DNA from: Saccostrea echinata
Lineage: Eukaryota
Assembly (NCBI RefSeq): GCF_033153115.1
Contig: NW_026889805.1
Location: forward strand, 9,610,001 to 9,674,000
Direction: 5' to 3'
DNA length: 64,000 nt
The notes under the pieces are model-generated. The model was given only the letters and a program-made list of their open reading frames with translations. It had not been told where the DNA came from and made no database searches. Below are positions 50,857-64,000 of the stretch, piece after piece. Position 1 is the first letter of the stretch; each line of letters starts with the position of its first letter. The position numbers were made by a program, and so were the translations under genes.

Positions 50857-52015
50857 CAGCGTTTTTTTTCCGTATATAACTGGTACCGATAAACGGTACC
50901 ATTCCCAATGCCAAAAACGTTAATTTTTCCCAATATGAGACTAAAAATTCACAATTCAACTGCCAAGCAACAGACTACAATGACATCGTATTTCTTTTTA
51001 TATGAAACATTGTACAAGTTGACTAATTGTTTCACTTCCGCTTAAATCGAAAGTAGAAATTAGTCGTAATATGGCGGGACCTATGGTGTAGACAGCGTAG
51101 TGTCATACATTTTGACAAATTGAAAGCATGAAAATGCGAAAACGGGACATTAATGTGAAAAACAATGAATACTTGTTGTTTATTCTTTAAAACACAGAGT
51201 AATACAGGGGTAGACAAATAGAACTTTTCAGTACTTGCCCTCGGACAGGTTACCCTCCTAAAGTTACTTGTCCTACCAAAAAATATGCTTGTCCCACCTT
51301 TTTCTTAAAAAAAACACAAATTTAAAACATTATCATTAACATTTAGGACCAACTTTGACCCCAAATCACTTAACTCTCCCACGGAGAAATTAAGGGGGAA
51401 ATTTCTAATTCTAGGGAGACTTGTGAGCATCTGAGCTGTGCAATGATTTAACTTAAAAATTTACACACATGTACATGTCAATGTATATACATGAACATGT
51501 ACTCATACATTTCTCTCTAATTTGAAAATGAAAACTATACACTTGTATCTACATTATTTAATTGTGAAAAACACTCCTGAATGTCGAGTAAGGGTATATT
51601 TTATCAAGACAAGTCACATGAATGGGTAATTCTAGAGGAGTTCCTACCAAGTATTCGATGTAGTGGTCAACTGCATGCATCGAAAACAGATGTTCTCTGC
51701 TGCGATTCATTATATTTTAACAGCGATAAAACAAAACAATATTTGAGTACAGGATTTTTTGTTAACTGGAAAACACTTGTTCGCGAGCAGGTACCAGTTA
51801 TCAAATATCTTGCCCGCCAAACAAAATTGGTTGTCCCGGGCGTCGGGCAATGCTATTTGTCTAGCCCTGAGTAATAGGTAATGAGGTTGGAATAGACACA
51901 AAATATGTTTCATTTGTTTTAACGACAGAAAATTTTCCTTTGTTCTACTTCGATGCTATTTTTCCCAATTGAACCGGTACCGGACCCTTTCCCCATGGGT
52001 AGAAAAAAATCATTG
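50857..52015. mobile_element. Non-autonomous CA..TG TIR element inserted in the HINE microsatellite region
   Basis: Ends CAGCGTTTTTTTTCC / TAGAAAAAAATCATTG, subterminal GGTACC and TTCCCAAT motifs at both ends, and flanks TGGCC / TGCCC. Confidence 0.6.
51205..51869. mobile_element. Non-autonomous TIR element with 7-bp TSD, nested
   Basis: TIRs CAGGGGTAGACAAATAG / CTATTTGTCTAGCCCTG (16/17). AGTAATA is duplicated at 51198-51204 and 51870-51876. Confidence 0.85.
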
Positions 52016-52094
52016 TGCCCTGTTGTTCATCATAATTTTTTCACAATTTCATCTTCTTCTTGCAAACCATTGGGCCATTTTGAAGCAAACTTGC

Positions 52095-52125
<31 letters not shown>

Positions 52126-52874
52126 TTCTGTTCAAATGAAGCCCTTTTTTAAGGGGAGAAAATTAAGAATTAGTGAAAATATGGCATCTTTTAAAAATCT
52201 TCTCAAGTACAGCAAAGTCATGATTAGTCATACTAAGATATCTGCAGGTAGTGCAGACTCAAATTTGCTCAAATCATGACCCCCAGGGGTAGGGTGGGTC
52301 ACATTAAGTAATCAACATTTCTCATAGGAATATAATGGAAAAATTCTTTAAAAATCTTCTCAAGAACAGCGAAGCCATGATTAGTGGATGCTTCCATATT
52401 TAAGGATGTATAGATACCTGAGGATGTGTAGAATCAAGTTTGTCCAAATTATGACCCCAGGGGATAGGATGGGTCCACAATAGGAGATGAATCATTAACA
52501 TGTTTAACATAGGAATAAATATAGGCAAAAAAAAAATTAAAAATCTTCTCAATAACAGCACAGTTATGGTTAGTGATATTAATAAGCAAGCATCCTCAGC
52601 AAGTGTAGATTCAAGTTTGTTCAAATCATGGCCCTGAAGGATAGGGTGGGGCCACTGTTCTGAAGAAGAGCAGGGCCAAGGTGATGAAGGTGAGTGCTGT
52701 GGCCCATAGGCCTCTTGTTTGTTTAAAAAATTGAAGAAAGATAAGAAAAAGAGGCTAAGGGAGGAGTTATTTGGATCTCTCATGAGCCTTGAGTATTAAT
52801 AGCACATCTGAAGCCTTTGCATATACAGTGGGGTCTCGTTATTATAGTAACAGTTTTATAAGATAGAACACTTA

Positions 52875-54317
52875 ACATATTTGGCTTCAAATATAATATG
52901 CATTGTAAAATATGCACCCCCCTTTTTTGGCTTGAAAATTTGGGAAAAAACGCAGTTTGGTTGTATTATATACTGTCAAAAAATTGACCAAGCAGTAATG
53001 TTGTCTTTTTTACATCGCAGTAATTTTAACTTATTAATAAAATCTTTGTGGAAATAATGTATTGAAAATTTAAGCACGGTAATTTTTTATGTGCTGACTT
53101 TGTTTTTTGAGCTTGCAGTACTCCTGATTTTAAGCATGGCGGTATTATTCATAGAAATAATTAAATTTTGCATTATAAATCATTTTTTAAACTAACGGCA
53201 ATGTTGTCTTTAAAAATCCCTGTATAATTTTATTAATTTTAACAAAGCAGAAAATGTTGTCCCATTAAATTTACATCAGGCTAAATATATCAATCTTGCA
53301 CTTAAATCTTCGTGTGGTAAGATTTTATTCAAGCGTGTGGTAAGATTTTATTCAAGAAGGCATGAAATATTATTGCATTTTATTTTATTTTTAAGTTTGA
53401 ACAGATCGACACGGTATAAATACATCAAGGTAATCTTCGCAGATATCTTATTTTCTTTAGAGTAATTATAATACGTAAGTTTTAACAGATTTCATATTTC
53501 CCTTTTAAACTCTTAATTAATTTAACAAGTGGCCGATAAATATAAGATAATTAAAGTAAAATTACATTTAACAAGCGTTTAACTATTTAATGTGTCGTAA
53601 TCAACACAAATTTTAACAAAGAAAACGATCAAAGCCATTAATAAGGGCAGTAAACAATCAGTGTTCTAAATGTAAAAGCAATGCTTAGGAGTTGGTAGAC
53701 AATTTATTTGCCTGGAGGGGTGTTGAGATCAAGTGATAAGCGCATGTGTTCACAACATGGGCTTCAGTTGGAACATATAGTATACAGTGGTATAGCGGGT
53801 GTTAATTTGAAATGAATTTTCACCGTGTTATTTGAAACCCCAAATAAATGTTGATTTATTGTATTTCATTATAAAATTGCTCAATTATTTTTTTTTTCCA
53901 ACCGAGTGTCTGATTAGGTACATGTGTACTATGATTACGCAAGCACGTGGCAAAGGAATGCGTGAACGTCTATAAATAACATTGTCAGTGGCGGCCTACA
54001 TGGAGACGATGAATATGCAGCTCAAATTAATTGTATCTTGTTTTTAGTATCATTTAACAACAGATTATGATTATCAACAGATTATAATTATAACATTTTC
54101 AAAAAGCCAATGTTCCAACAATAATTCTCCGAAGTTTTAAATACAGCAATAAACAACAAGAAATTGCCCATGTCTCTAGGTAATACTACGATATGTCTGT
54201 ATGATAGCCGTGTTTCACCTGAAAGAAAAAACTATCAAAATCCTATTGTGTAAAATACGCACCCCTTTCTCACGAAAACATTTTCTAGGAAAAAAGTGCG
54301 TATTCAGCCAAATATGG
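52875..54317. mobile_element. Non-autonomous Tc1/mariner(pogo)-type element with TA TSD
   Basis: TA|ACATATTTGGCT ... AGCCAAATATGG|TA, with subterminal TGTAAAATAYGCACCCC at both ends. Confidence 0.65.
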
Positions 54318-55124
54318 TATTGCAATGTAAATTCAAAGCACAAAACCATTCCTTAACAAATCTATACAAAATAGGAAGGTTAATTATTATGATGTCTAAA
54401 ATGCTGGGACTTGGTATTTGTAAAAGTTTTGGCTAAAATAATTTCACTCTGTGTTTATCATTACTGATCGATAATAGACACTAAAAAGAAGCCACTAAAT
54501 AAACACTGTGGTCGGACAGGGTGTCCGTGTGCAAACTTCGATATTAGGTTATTAGATGCTTGACTGATCACACTTTGACAAGTCACTTAAGCGGGGTCCA
54601 TAAAAGTGAAGCCAATATCATGTCAAAGTCCTTGATAAACAATTAAACTGTGCATATTTATAGATTCTAGTTTATTATCTCTGTAAATTTGTATTTTTTT
54701 CATACATCAGTTAATACCAATTTATACAATTAATTTAGAAAATAAAATGTTGCATTTAATAATTACTTTTTCTGTTAAACTGCGTCGATGGACAGCATGG
54801 GTATCAAACATAAAGCAAGTATTCTCAAAGATGTGTAGATTCCATCGTCTCAAGCCACGGTTCGGAGTCTGCAAAAAGCTCTATCCTACCCGTGGCTGCT
54901 TGATCACAAAAAATGTTGTAATCTTGAATATTTATGCCTTTGTATTGTGATGTCATGTTCAGCCAATGACAATATTTGTTTCCATCGCAATTGAAATCAA
55001 CAATTGACATCAACAGTATACAAGAAATGTTTAGTATACTGCGATTGGGTATTGAAAGGTCGCATCAAAGTTCATCATCTGACTATACTTTACTTGCATT
55101 GGTCAATATTTTAATGAGCTACGA

Positions 55125-55570
55125 AATATTCTCTTCTTATTCAACCACGACCAGAATGGGAGAGGATCGTACATTTTGGCTGTTGTTTGCGATGATGTGT
55201 AGATTCAAGTATGATCAGATCATTGCCCACAGGGATAGGGTTGGGCTATGATAGGGGATCAAAGTTTAACTTGGAAATATATATGGTAAAAAAAAATTAT
55301 CCCAAGATTGATAGGGCAATGATATGTTAACATCTCAGGTTGTGTAGATTCAAGTTTTTTCCCCCAAAAAACATGACCCACTGGGTAGGGTAGGGCCACA
55401 ATAGATCATCAAAGAATAAAATCATTTAAAAAGTTTTTATAAAGAACAACTTGGCCATGATTAGTCATATTACAATGCTAGCATCCTCTGGTAGTGTAGA
55501 ATCAAGTTTGTTCTGAAGAACAGCAGGGCCAAGGTGAATCAGGTGACTGTTGTGGCTCATGGGCCTCTTA
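55125..55570 (+). mobile_element. HINE 3' fragment (Cg170-type units)
   Basis: GTGTAGATTCAAG units and a 3' end CAGGTGACTGTTGTGGCTCATGGGCCTCTT. Confidence 0.7.
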
Positions 55571-56912
55571 ATAATCCAATTTTTTGTTTTCTTTGCGAGC
55601 ATTTTTAGATAACAAAAAAATATTTGCGTAAAATTGTCACAATGATATAACATATAGATTACATAATTAACTCTAATAAACCACAGGAAGAATGGCAAAT
55701 CTTGGACTATGCACATCAAAAATATTAGTGTTTTGGTATATTCTTGCAAAAATTGTGACAGGCCAGATTTTAATAAAATATTTTAAAGCTCAGCTAATCC
55801 AGAAGCTCAAGTAATCTTTTCCAATTCAATTAGGTGGACATGTATATAGGATGCAAAAATTATTCTATATTTTAGCTCACCTGAGCAAGTAAACTTTCTT
55901 GATCGCCAAAATCAATATCAATTGATTTCTATGTTTGAACTGAATTCCTGTGTTTGAACTGAATTTCATGGTTTTGAATCCTTTCAGTTTATGAGATATG
56001 TCAAGGATTTTGTTTGAATTTGAAACTTCATATGATGGATATTACTTGGAATATTGTATTCTTTTGTTTCAGAAACTGCTGTATATCAGATTTTATCAAT
56101 GGAAATTGAGAAACATGAATTTTCAGGAAAATTTATAAGGTACATCTATCAGAAACAGACCAGAGGCAGTTTGTCTGCAGTTGAATGATCTGGAATAAAA
56201 ATACAGAGAAATTTCAGTGTGATTTGCATAGGAAAGCTGGTAGATGATGAGAGGTTTACTAAGTTTTTGACATCTCTTGGATGTTTTACATTACTGATGA
56301 ATTACTGTCATCAGGAAACATGCAAGAGAATCTGATTTTGATATAAACCAAACTTTTGATCCTAATGACAGTGGTCTGTACAACGCAGGTTTCAAATTCT
56401 TTGACAGCTTCATGCTTCAATTTGAATTCTCATTAATTCCACTTGCTCTGTCATCATTGCGCCATCGACAGCAGATTAAATTTTACTTACACACCAATGA
56501 CTAAACACACGTTAGGCAATCACAGAGTGTAAGACTGTTTGACTGGAATCAGTTTTCATCAGGTCTCTAAGATGCGTCTGTCCATTATTAAGTAAATCAT
56601 TTATCTAATTTGCTTGATTTTCCAAGTGAATTTGTACAGTAAATCAGGCAAAGATTCTCTTCATTTCAATTGGCTTGCAGACATTGTGAAGTGTCCTAGG
56701 GATGTAACTGGATGAAAATGCAAATTCCAGCGAGGTCTCTTATTCCATCATTCTTCTGTCTTTGATACAATTAAGTTGTGATAGAATATTGATTCTCATT
56801 TCCTTGATTTAGTTTGTATGCGCTCCAACCCACTATATTTTGATTTAGCTTTAAGTCTTCTTGATAAATAAAGTGCAACTACTAGAGCACAAACCCGATG
56901 CAATTAACTGCA

Positions 56913-58110
56913 ACTCTGGTATTGGATTATTACTACTTATACCTTATCCTGGGTCACAGCTCTGGTATTGGAGTATTACAACTTATACTTTATCCTGAGT
57001 CACAGCTCTGGTATTGGAGTATTACAACTTATACTTTATCCTGGGTCACAACTCTCAGACTGGTATTGGAATATTACTATACTTATACCTTATCCTGGGT
57101 CACAGCTCTGGTGTTGGAGTATTACAGCTTATACTTTATCCTGGGTCACAACTCTGGCATTGGCATATTACTACTTATACATCTACTGTATTCTGGGTCA
57201 CAGCTCTGGTATTGGAATATTACTATACTTACACTTTATCCTGGTTCACAGCTCTGGTATTGGAATATTAATATACTTATACCTTATCCTGGGTCTCAAC
57301 TCTGGTATTGGATTATTTCTACTTATACCTTATCCTGGGTCACAGCTCTGGTATTGGATTATTACTACATATACCTTATCCTGGGTCACAGCTCTGGTAT
57401 TGGATTATTTCTACTTATACCTTATCCTGGGTCACAACTCTGGCATTGGAGTATTACAACTTATACTTTATCCTGGGTCACAACTCTGGCATTGGAGTAT
57501 TACAACTTATACTTTATCCTGAGTCACAGCTCTGGTATCTGAATATTACAACTTATACTTTATCTTGGGTCACAGTTCTGGTATTGGAATATTACAACTT
57601 ATACTTTATCCTGAGTCACAGCTCTGGTATTGGAATATTACAACTTATACTTTATCCTGAGTCACAGTTCTGGTATTGGAGTATTACAACTTATACTTTA
57701 TCCTGGGCCACAGCTCTGGTATTGGAATATTACAACTTATACTTTATCCTGAGTCACAGTTCTGGTATTGGAGTATTACAACTTATACTTTATCCTGAGT
57801 CACAGCTCTGGTATTGGAATATTACAACTTACACTTTATCCTGGGTCACAGTTCTGGTATTGGAATATTACAACTTATACTTTATCCTGAGTCACAGCTC
57901 TGGTATTGGAATATTACAACTTATACTTTATCCTGAGTCACAGTTCTTGTATTGGAGTATTACAACTTATACTTTATCCTGGGTCACAACTCTGGCATTG
58001 GAGTATTACAACTTATACTTTATCCTGGGTCACAACTCTGGCATTGGAGTATTACAACTTATACTTTATCCTGAGTCACAGTTCTGGTATTGGAGCGTTA
58101 CTATACTTAA
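56913..58110. repeat. 46-bp minisatellite, ~26 copies
   Basis: Head-to-tail consensus CTCTGGTATTGGARTATTACAACTTATACTTTATCCTGRGTCACAG. A few 5' units carry small insertions. Confidence 0.97.
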
Positions 58111-59264
58111 ACTTTATTAAACTTAGGTCAAGGGCATTATGGCTTTTGATTTTAAAATTTTGTCAAGTCCATTTCTTTTTACTCTTTGACCTACTCCTAG
58201 GGTGACTTCACCATGCATGGACACATACCCTGGATAGGAAAACTTTATCAGAATTGGAAGTCTGTTTACATTAGTGTAATTTTCGAAGGCAAAATATTGC
58301 ACATGTAGCCCATAAAGCAGATTAATAATTTTTGTGAATCTAACGGAACGGAATCCCTATGGACATGTTTTGTTGAAGTCATAGATGTAATATACTTTTC
58401 AAAAGAAATACTTTGAGAAATAAAAAGAACTTAGGGCACTTCATTTAATATCTTTTCTCTCAAAATCTACCAGACCAGAAGAAGCAAAAACTTAAGTGGG
58501 AAGCTCCCTTTTATAGTAAACATTCAGATTTATTCAGACTATGGTTTCCAGAGCAACAAGAGTACTTGACTTTACTTTGTCATATGTCATAGAAAGTACG
58601 AGGAAACATACATGATACCGAGTAACAATTCATTCTGTAGACCTTTTGTTACATAAAGGACTGTGTATTTATATCAGATTGAAAATGAATGAAAGGATTT
58701 GTATAGAAGCATGGGGCTCCATTGAGATGAATGTGTTTAATGAGGACTGTCCGACATGTTGTAATGGACCAAAGGTAGATTGAGAAAGGAACAGAGCAGA
58801 ATCACCAGACTGGCTCCATACTGAGTACTGTAAACTCAAGTGTCTTCATTGTGTGGGAAATGCAGAATCTGGCAGAATTAAGGACTAATATTTTAGAATA
58901 TTACATTATCAGGAATTGATTACAATCAGAGAAAATGAATTGGGGTGTTGTACTTTAGGCTTCCAAAGTTAATTCTACATTTAACATCACCTATAAAATT
59001 CAAAACCTAAGAGGGAGGGAGGAAAAAAATTAACAAGCAAATATTTTGAAAAAAATGTTTATTTTTTCAAAATAACCTATTCAGTACATAAAAAATACTG
59101 AGTAAATAGAGTAATACTGTGGAATCATTAGATTTCGTGGTGGCTCAATTTTCGTGGAATTCGTGGGTACCTCTCATCCACAAATTAAAATCCTTCACAA
59201 ATTAATAAACTAGGGTTTCAATTTCAGATTTCCTTTTGTAGGTCAACTTTTCCTTTTTATTTTT

Positions 59265-59508
59265 AGGCCAAATTTAAAATAATGTTTGTTTGCCCTCTCC
59301 CTACTCAGGATGAAAAAATTGGGTTGGTAGTTAGGTGTGAAATTTTTTTCTCAGAAAATTTCAATATCAATGCTAATTTTTTAAAATCTATTGACCAGAA
59401 TACATAATACAAAATAATTTCTTCATGGAGGTTAAAAAAATTTTTGAGTCAGGCCATTTTTAGCCAGCAGTCGGGAGAGGGCAACCAAACATTTTTTTAA
59501 GATGGCCT
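59265..59508. mobile_element. MITE with AGGCC..GGCCT termini (Kolobok-like)
   Basis: AGGCCAAATTTAAAATAATGTTTGTTTGCCCTCTCCC is inverted to GGGAGAGGGCAACCAAACATTTTTTTAAGATGGCCT. Confidence 0.7.
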
Positions 59509-59561
59509 TATAGAAATATTTTAAGTTATATGACACTATTAAATAAAATCAAAATTATATA

Positions 59562-60733
59562 CAGTTAAACTTCGTTATCTCGAAGTTGACTGGACCGTTG
59601 ATGAACTTCGAGATATCCGGGGGTTCGACATATCGAGGGTTATAATTCAAATGAACTAAAATAACTAAGTGCCGTGAACGTGTACTTAATAGTATTCTAT
59701 TCTGTATACGATTTCTTTAATATACATGTACATGTATTTAGCAATCAAAAAAAAAAATTACATCCTCTTTATAATTCACAAAATAAAAGGCTTGTATAAT
59801 ATGCACAGAAGTATAATCCTTCTACCAACGTGGCAAGTCAACCGCTGGCATCGTTTCCGATGTGTACATAACCAGATATCGTCTATGCATTGTAAATTTA
59901 AAACCGGTCGCTGTCAGAATAACGAAAACGAAATATACATTTTCTTTTATTGGAAAAACATGTTCAGACATGTAAAATCAGTTAAAAGAAAATTATTTTA
60001 CCATAATAAAATCAAATGCAAAAGAAAAATCACACACTTTTGTCTAACAACAGAACAACACTGAATCACAGGACACTATAGCACAAGATTTTACTGTGGC
60101 ACACGCTCACATGTTGGTGTGTACGGACGATTATAAATTCTGCACGCTCATTTAGGGAAAATAAATTCTAATTGCATCAAATTACAGAATTTTATTTTAC
60201 TTCGATGTTTATGATTTTCACTTTCATATCCATAAACTTTGTATGCGCGCATATTTCACATAGCATTAAATAGCAATTATCAAGATAAACGTACCCAAGC
60301 CACAAAACAATTAACATGTCATCCACGCGTGTGCATTAGACTAATACACACAACCTTTGGCTTGCATAATTACAATCAAGGTAAGCCATACATACACTTC
60401 GTATAATTATCGCGCTATTATCTGTTGATCACAGGAACACAGGTAACCCGAGCGTGACAGACAGGTGGGTGTTACCAAAAGAGCATTCAGTTTACCTAAC
60501 GGACTTGATCATCAGAGCGGAAAATTATCCTGACTTCGAGATAACGCATGTGATTTTAATGAATGGGTACACAATTTTACTTCGAGATAACCGGGGTATT
60601 CGACATTACCGTGTTCGACATAGAGGGGTTTATTTTAATCATTTATAAAGCAAATTTCGTCGGGACCGCGGTCTTACTTCGACATATCCGGGGTATTCAA
60701 GATATCCGTGTTCGAGATTTCGAAGTTTAGCTG
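59562..60733. mobile_element. Non-autonomous Tc1/mariner(pogo)-type element with TA TSD
   Basis: TA|CAGTTAAACTTCGTTATCTCGAA ... TTCGAGATTTCGAAGTTTAGCTG|TA, with multiple subterminal TTCGAGATA/TTCGACATA repeats. No transposase ORF. Confidence 0.88.
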
Positions 60734-63700
60734 TATCTCACTGTCTTATAAAACACCGACTGCGATTTCACACCACATTTTCTTTTACTACTGGAGGCAG
60801 AATTGTGCATGTCACTAAATGTAAAACTGAACGGGAACAGATACTATAAATTCTGAATTGTTTGTTTTTTCCAAAAACAGATTTCTCTTAAACCTATGTG
60901 CGGTTGTCTTTAAACTTATAATTAACTTTAGACAGCCTTATATTAAATTTTTATAAAAATCATTCATAGTGAGATGGGCCTACTGTCTGCCTGATTTTTG
61001 TAAATAAATAATTATACATGTATATAGAATAATCAAATTGTAATGCAACAAATACTGCAGCCACAATTGATTTTGCCTGTTGTACTGTTTCAGAGAAACT
61101 GCATGCTACTAGGGACTATACTACTAAAAAAAAAACCATTATACTAAGAGGGTACCATAATAAAGAAATTACACAAAGCAGAGACATAAATAACAATAAT
61201 GTTTTTTATGTCTCTGCACAAAGTAATTCTCCAGTTACATGCCACGCATACTCAAAGAGAGATAAGCCATGCAGTTGGACTTATATTTTATACACACTGA
61301 ATATAAACTTGTAGTAAAGAGACAAGGACCATCAATTTTGATTTAATTGTTATAAATGTAGTTCACTATATCAAATAAGTTTATTTTATGTTTTAAAAGC
61401 TACAAGGATTGACAATCACTTGTTGTAAGAGTGAATTCATTATAAGCGTGTTAGCTGTGTGTTTTTCTGTATACACTTTATTTATTTTTTTATTCTGCAG
61501 ATGTCCCCTCCCCAGCATTTTTTTCTAATAAAAGAAAGAAATCCTTAAATTATACATACACATATTTTACTGTGTGTATATTTACAAACAGATTTATGAC
61601 TATATGGATCAATCTCTTGCAAGTAAAAAAAAATGCTTTTAAAAAATTTCAGATAAAAAATAATTGGGTTGAATTTGTTTATTTTAGGATTCTTTTTAAG
61701 TATGTCAAGAGTGCATGTCTCTATATAAACAGCTCTGAACATGTTTTTTTTTTTACCTGTTCAGGTGTGAATAACTTAATTATTCTTCCTGCTTAGATAA
61801 ATTGAGTTAATTAAAAACACTGCCGTAAATATGATAGCCACTGGAGTCAAGGGTTAATAAAAGAACTCTGTGTAAAGCCCTCTGTATTATAACAAGTAGG
61901 GGTTTATTTGTTTTGATGATTAGGCATGTTGTACATGAGCCTTACCTGGCCCCACCTGTAGAAATTTAAAAGTGGACTCTTCCTTTAAGTTTGGGGATGA
62001 ATGGTTTGAATGCACTGTGCCTTGTGGGGGCATGTTAATTTTTTTTCTGTTGAGATGGGGGATTTAAACATTATGTAGGTTACCATGTCAGACCGTGACA
62101 GTTAAGAGGAGATAAAAAGTGAGGAGGAGCTGAATATTTTGGGGGGATCATACTATGACTATTGGAGGGAAAGCATGTGGTTCTATTAATAGTTTGATTT
62201 CAGTATGAGGGGGCTGCCTTGTCTGGCATACCTTGGGATTGTATTCATCTGTTTTCTCACCAGAGATGTTTGTGGACAAGGTAAAAAAGAAAATTCTCAT
62301 CTGCCATGTATTTCTTTTTAAATTGACAGTAATTTTTTTTTTTAAAGAGAAAAAAAATATGTCAGCTAGTTCCCATAGCTATCAGCATACTCGGCACATT
62401 TATGCTTGCATTAGCTTGTAACCTGGAATCACTACCTTGTAAAATTCTTAGAATTTTAACTTCTAGCTATAGTTCATACAATGCATTAGAATGATATGTA
62501 ATTTTTGTGATAATTACTGTAACTTTTCAAGTTATTCATGGAATCTAGGCAGCTCTTTATAATTGCCTTCTTCAAATAAATCTTATTTGTTTATCGATTG
62601 GTATGCAAACCCTTATCTATCTAAACCAGATATATAGGTCTACTGTTCAGAGCATATAAACTAAATAGCAACAGATAGGTACATGTACATTAAATCTACA
62701 GACAGAAGCTAATGAAGTAAAACTTGTCATTACCCAGAATGTCTCTTTCACTCTCTTAATTACTCTGAAGTACATTTTTATTGGGCCATATATTTCAAGT
62801 AAGACACCTACCTCTAGGATTTTTAATGTATACCTATAAATCTCTGACTCAAAGGGATTGGGACTATACTAACTTACTTTAATCATGACAAGGAATAGTT
62901 TTAACAACAGGTTTTTATTATCATTAGTGAATAAATTTAAGCTGAGGAAAAAGAATCAACTTTCATATTAAACTGCATGATAAATTCTGTATACACATAG
63001 CTGTGTTTATGTATTCAAGGTTTTCTTTTATGGCTATCAATATGTGAGAAAATGCTAATACAGTGTGTACATTTTAAGCAGTTAAATGTGCAAAAGGTAT
63101 TTGAAATATTTGTCTATAATGCATCCACGCATATAAAAGGAAATTACAATGACAAAAATGCTTTGATGCATTTTAAAAATGTTGAATTTATTTAACAATG
63201 GCTGAAAGCTCATGTAGATCTTCACAAAAAGTAAATAAAATGTAAACAGGAATATGATATAATTTATAAGGACAGTGTTTAAAGTATGCACGTGCATTTT
63301 CTAAGACATGACTGCATGTACATGTATTCCTTCTGAACATGGCAGGTCACAGCTACATAAAGCTCCACATCTACAGGATAGACACTTAATGTTGCCAATT
63401 CTCCTTAAGTGCTGTAATTAATGATAACAGACATGCTCTTTACCCCCAGATACAAGTGCATGCATTCTGTTTGACAGAGTTGTTGACAGACATTGCAGAT
63501 TAAGTGACACTTGAATTGTTGGTTGTTTCCTCTGGTTATTTTGGAATTAGGTGGTCAATGCAGGGTAGGCTTCTTCCATTGCTAGGGACCTTTGTATCAA
63601 CAAATGCTACAACTGATTGTTAAAAATATAATACTGACATTGAAAAAGTGTCATGGCCTGGAAAATCAGTTACATCTATTGATCTAAGACATTATAGGGG

Positions 63701-64000
63701 GTATTTGTCCTCTAGATGAAAATCTTTGGAAGATCAGAAGTGAGATTTAATTTGCAATATGAGCTAAGTTCATCAAGAATTTTAAAACTCCATCTAACAA
63801 TAAAAGGGTTTTAAACCTGAAAGTCTCTTTAAAAAAAATGACATTCCACTTCTATTTAGTTTTTATGATTTATGTATTTCTGCAGAGATAAATTATATGA
63901 TTATTTACCAAGATGTCTAACTTACCATGCATATCCAAATTTCTCTCTAATTTTTACAATTTTATATATATATATATATTTACCTTTAGGTCAGAAATGT

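Larger units (their letters stand above)
50797..52719 (+). mobile_element. HINE-like element (Cg170-type units 52040-52660) carrying two nested insertions
   Basis: 5' end TTTTAGCCAAAGGCTTAAGTAGAGCTTTTCT; 3' end AGGTGAGTGCTGTGGCCCATAGGCCTCTTGTT. Confidence 0.8.

Noticed and set aside
56898-58205. Long overlapping ORFs (up to 270 aa) and a CRISPR-like periodic look
   Set aside because: This is a pure head-to-tail 46-bp minisatellite with no unique spacers and no cas genes. The ORFs are by-products of the repeat.
61490-61548. Strong-looking acceptor TTTTTATTCTGCAG as next Ig exon
   Set aside because: The phase-1 frame reaches a stop within ~16 codons, with no Ig motif or convincing donor.
63981-64000. 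Possible acceptor of the next exon (CCTTTAG|GTCAGAAATGT)
   Set aside because: Only 11 nt are visible, so it cannot be supported.

Overview
AT-rich, repeat-dense eukaryotic DNA, most likely a bivalve (oyster-like), judged from Cg170-type ~166-bp satellite units inside Helentron-derived (HINE-like) elements and V-domain tRNA-SINEs. No prokaryotic features or CRISPR arrays are present. From ~8.8 kb onward the window appears to be the 5' part of one large + strand gene for a secreted or membrane immunoglobulin-superfamily protein. It has a CCAAT-rich promoter, a leader exon (CDS 9040-9100), a possible 66-nt in-frame second leader exon (38117-38182) and a V-type Ig exon (50334-50669), all joined in phase 1; the rest lies beyond the window. 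The introns and upstream region hold HINEs with internal satellites, non-autonomous TIR transposons (some nested three deep), two SINEs, a decayed Penelope-like RT, a 46-bp minisatellite and seven unrelated long fold-back hairpins. Three observations stand out. (1) An intronic, sense-strand retrozyme-like unit is bounded by two minimal hammerhead ribozymes whose stem-III octamers are exact complements. (2) A HINE satellite carries ten palindromes, six of them perfect estrogen-response-element consensus sites, in intron 1. (3) The hairpin elements share one architecture, and one is linked to a tRNA-like Pol III module. All calls come from reading the sequence; no searches were run.
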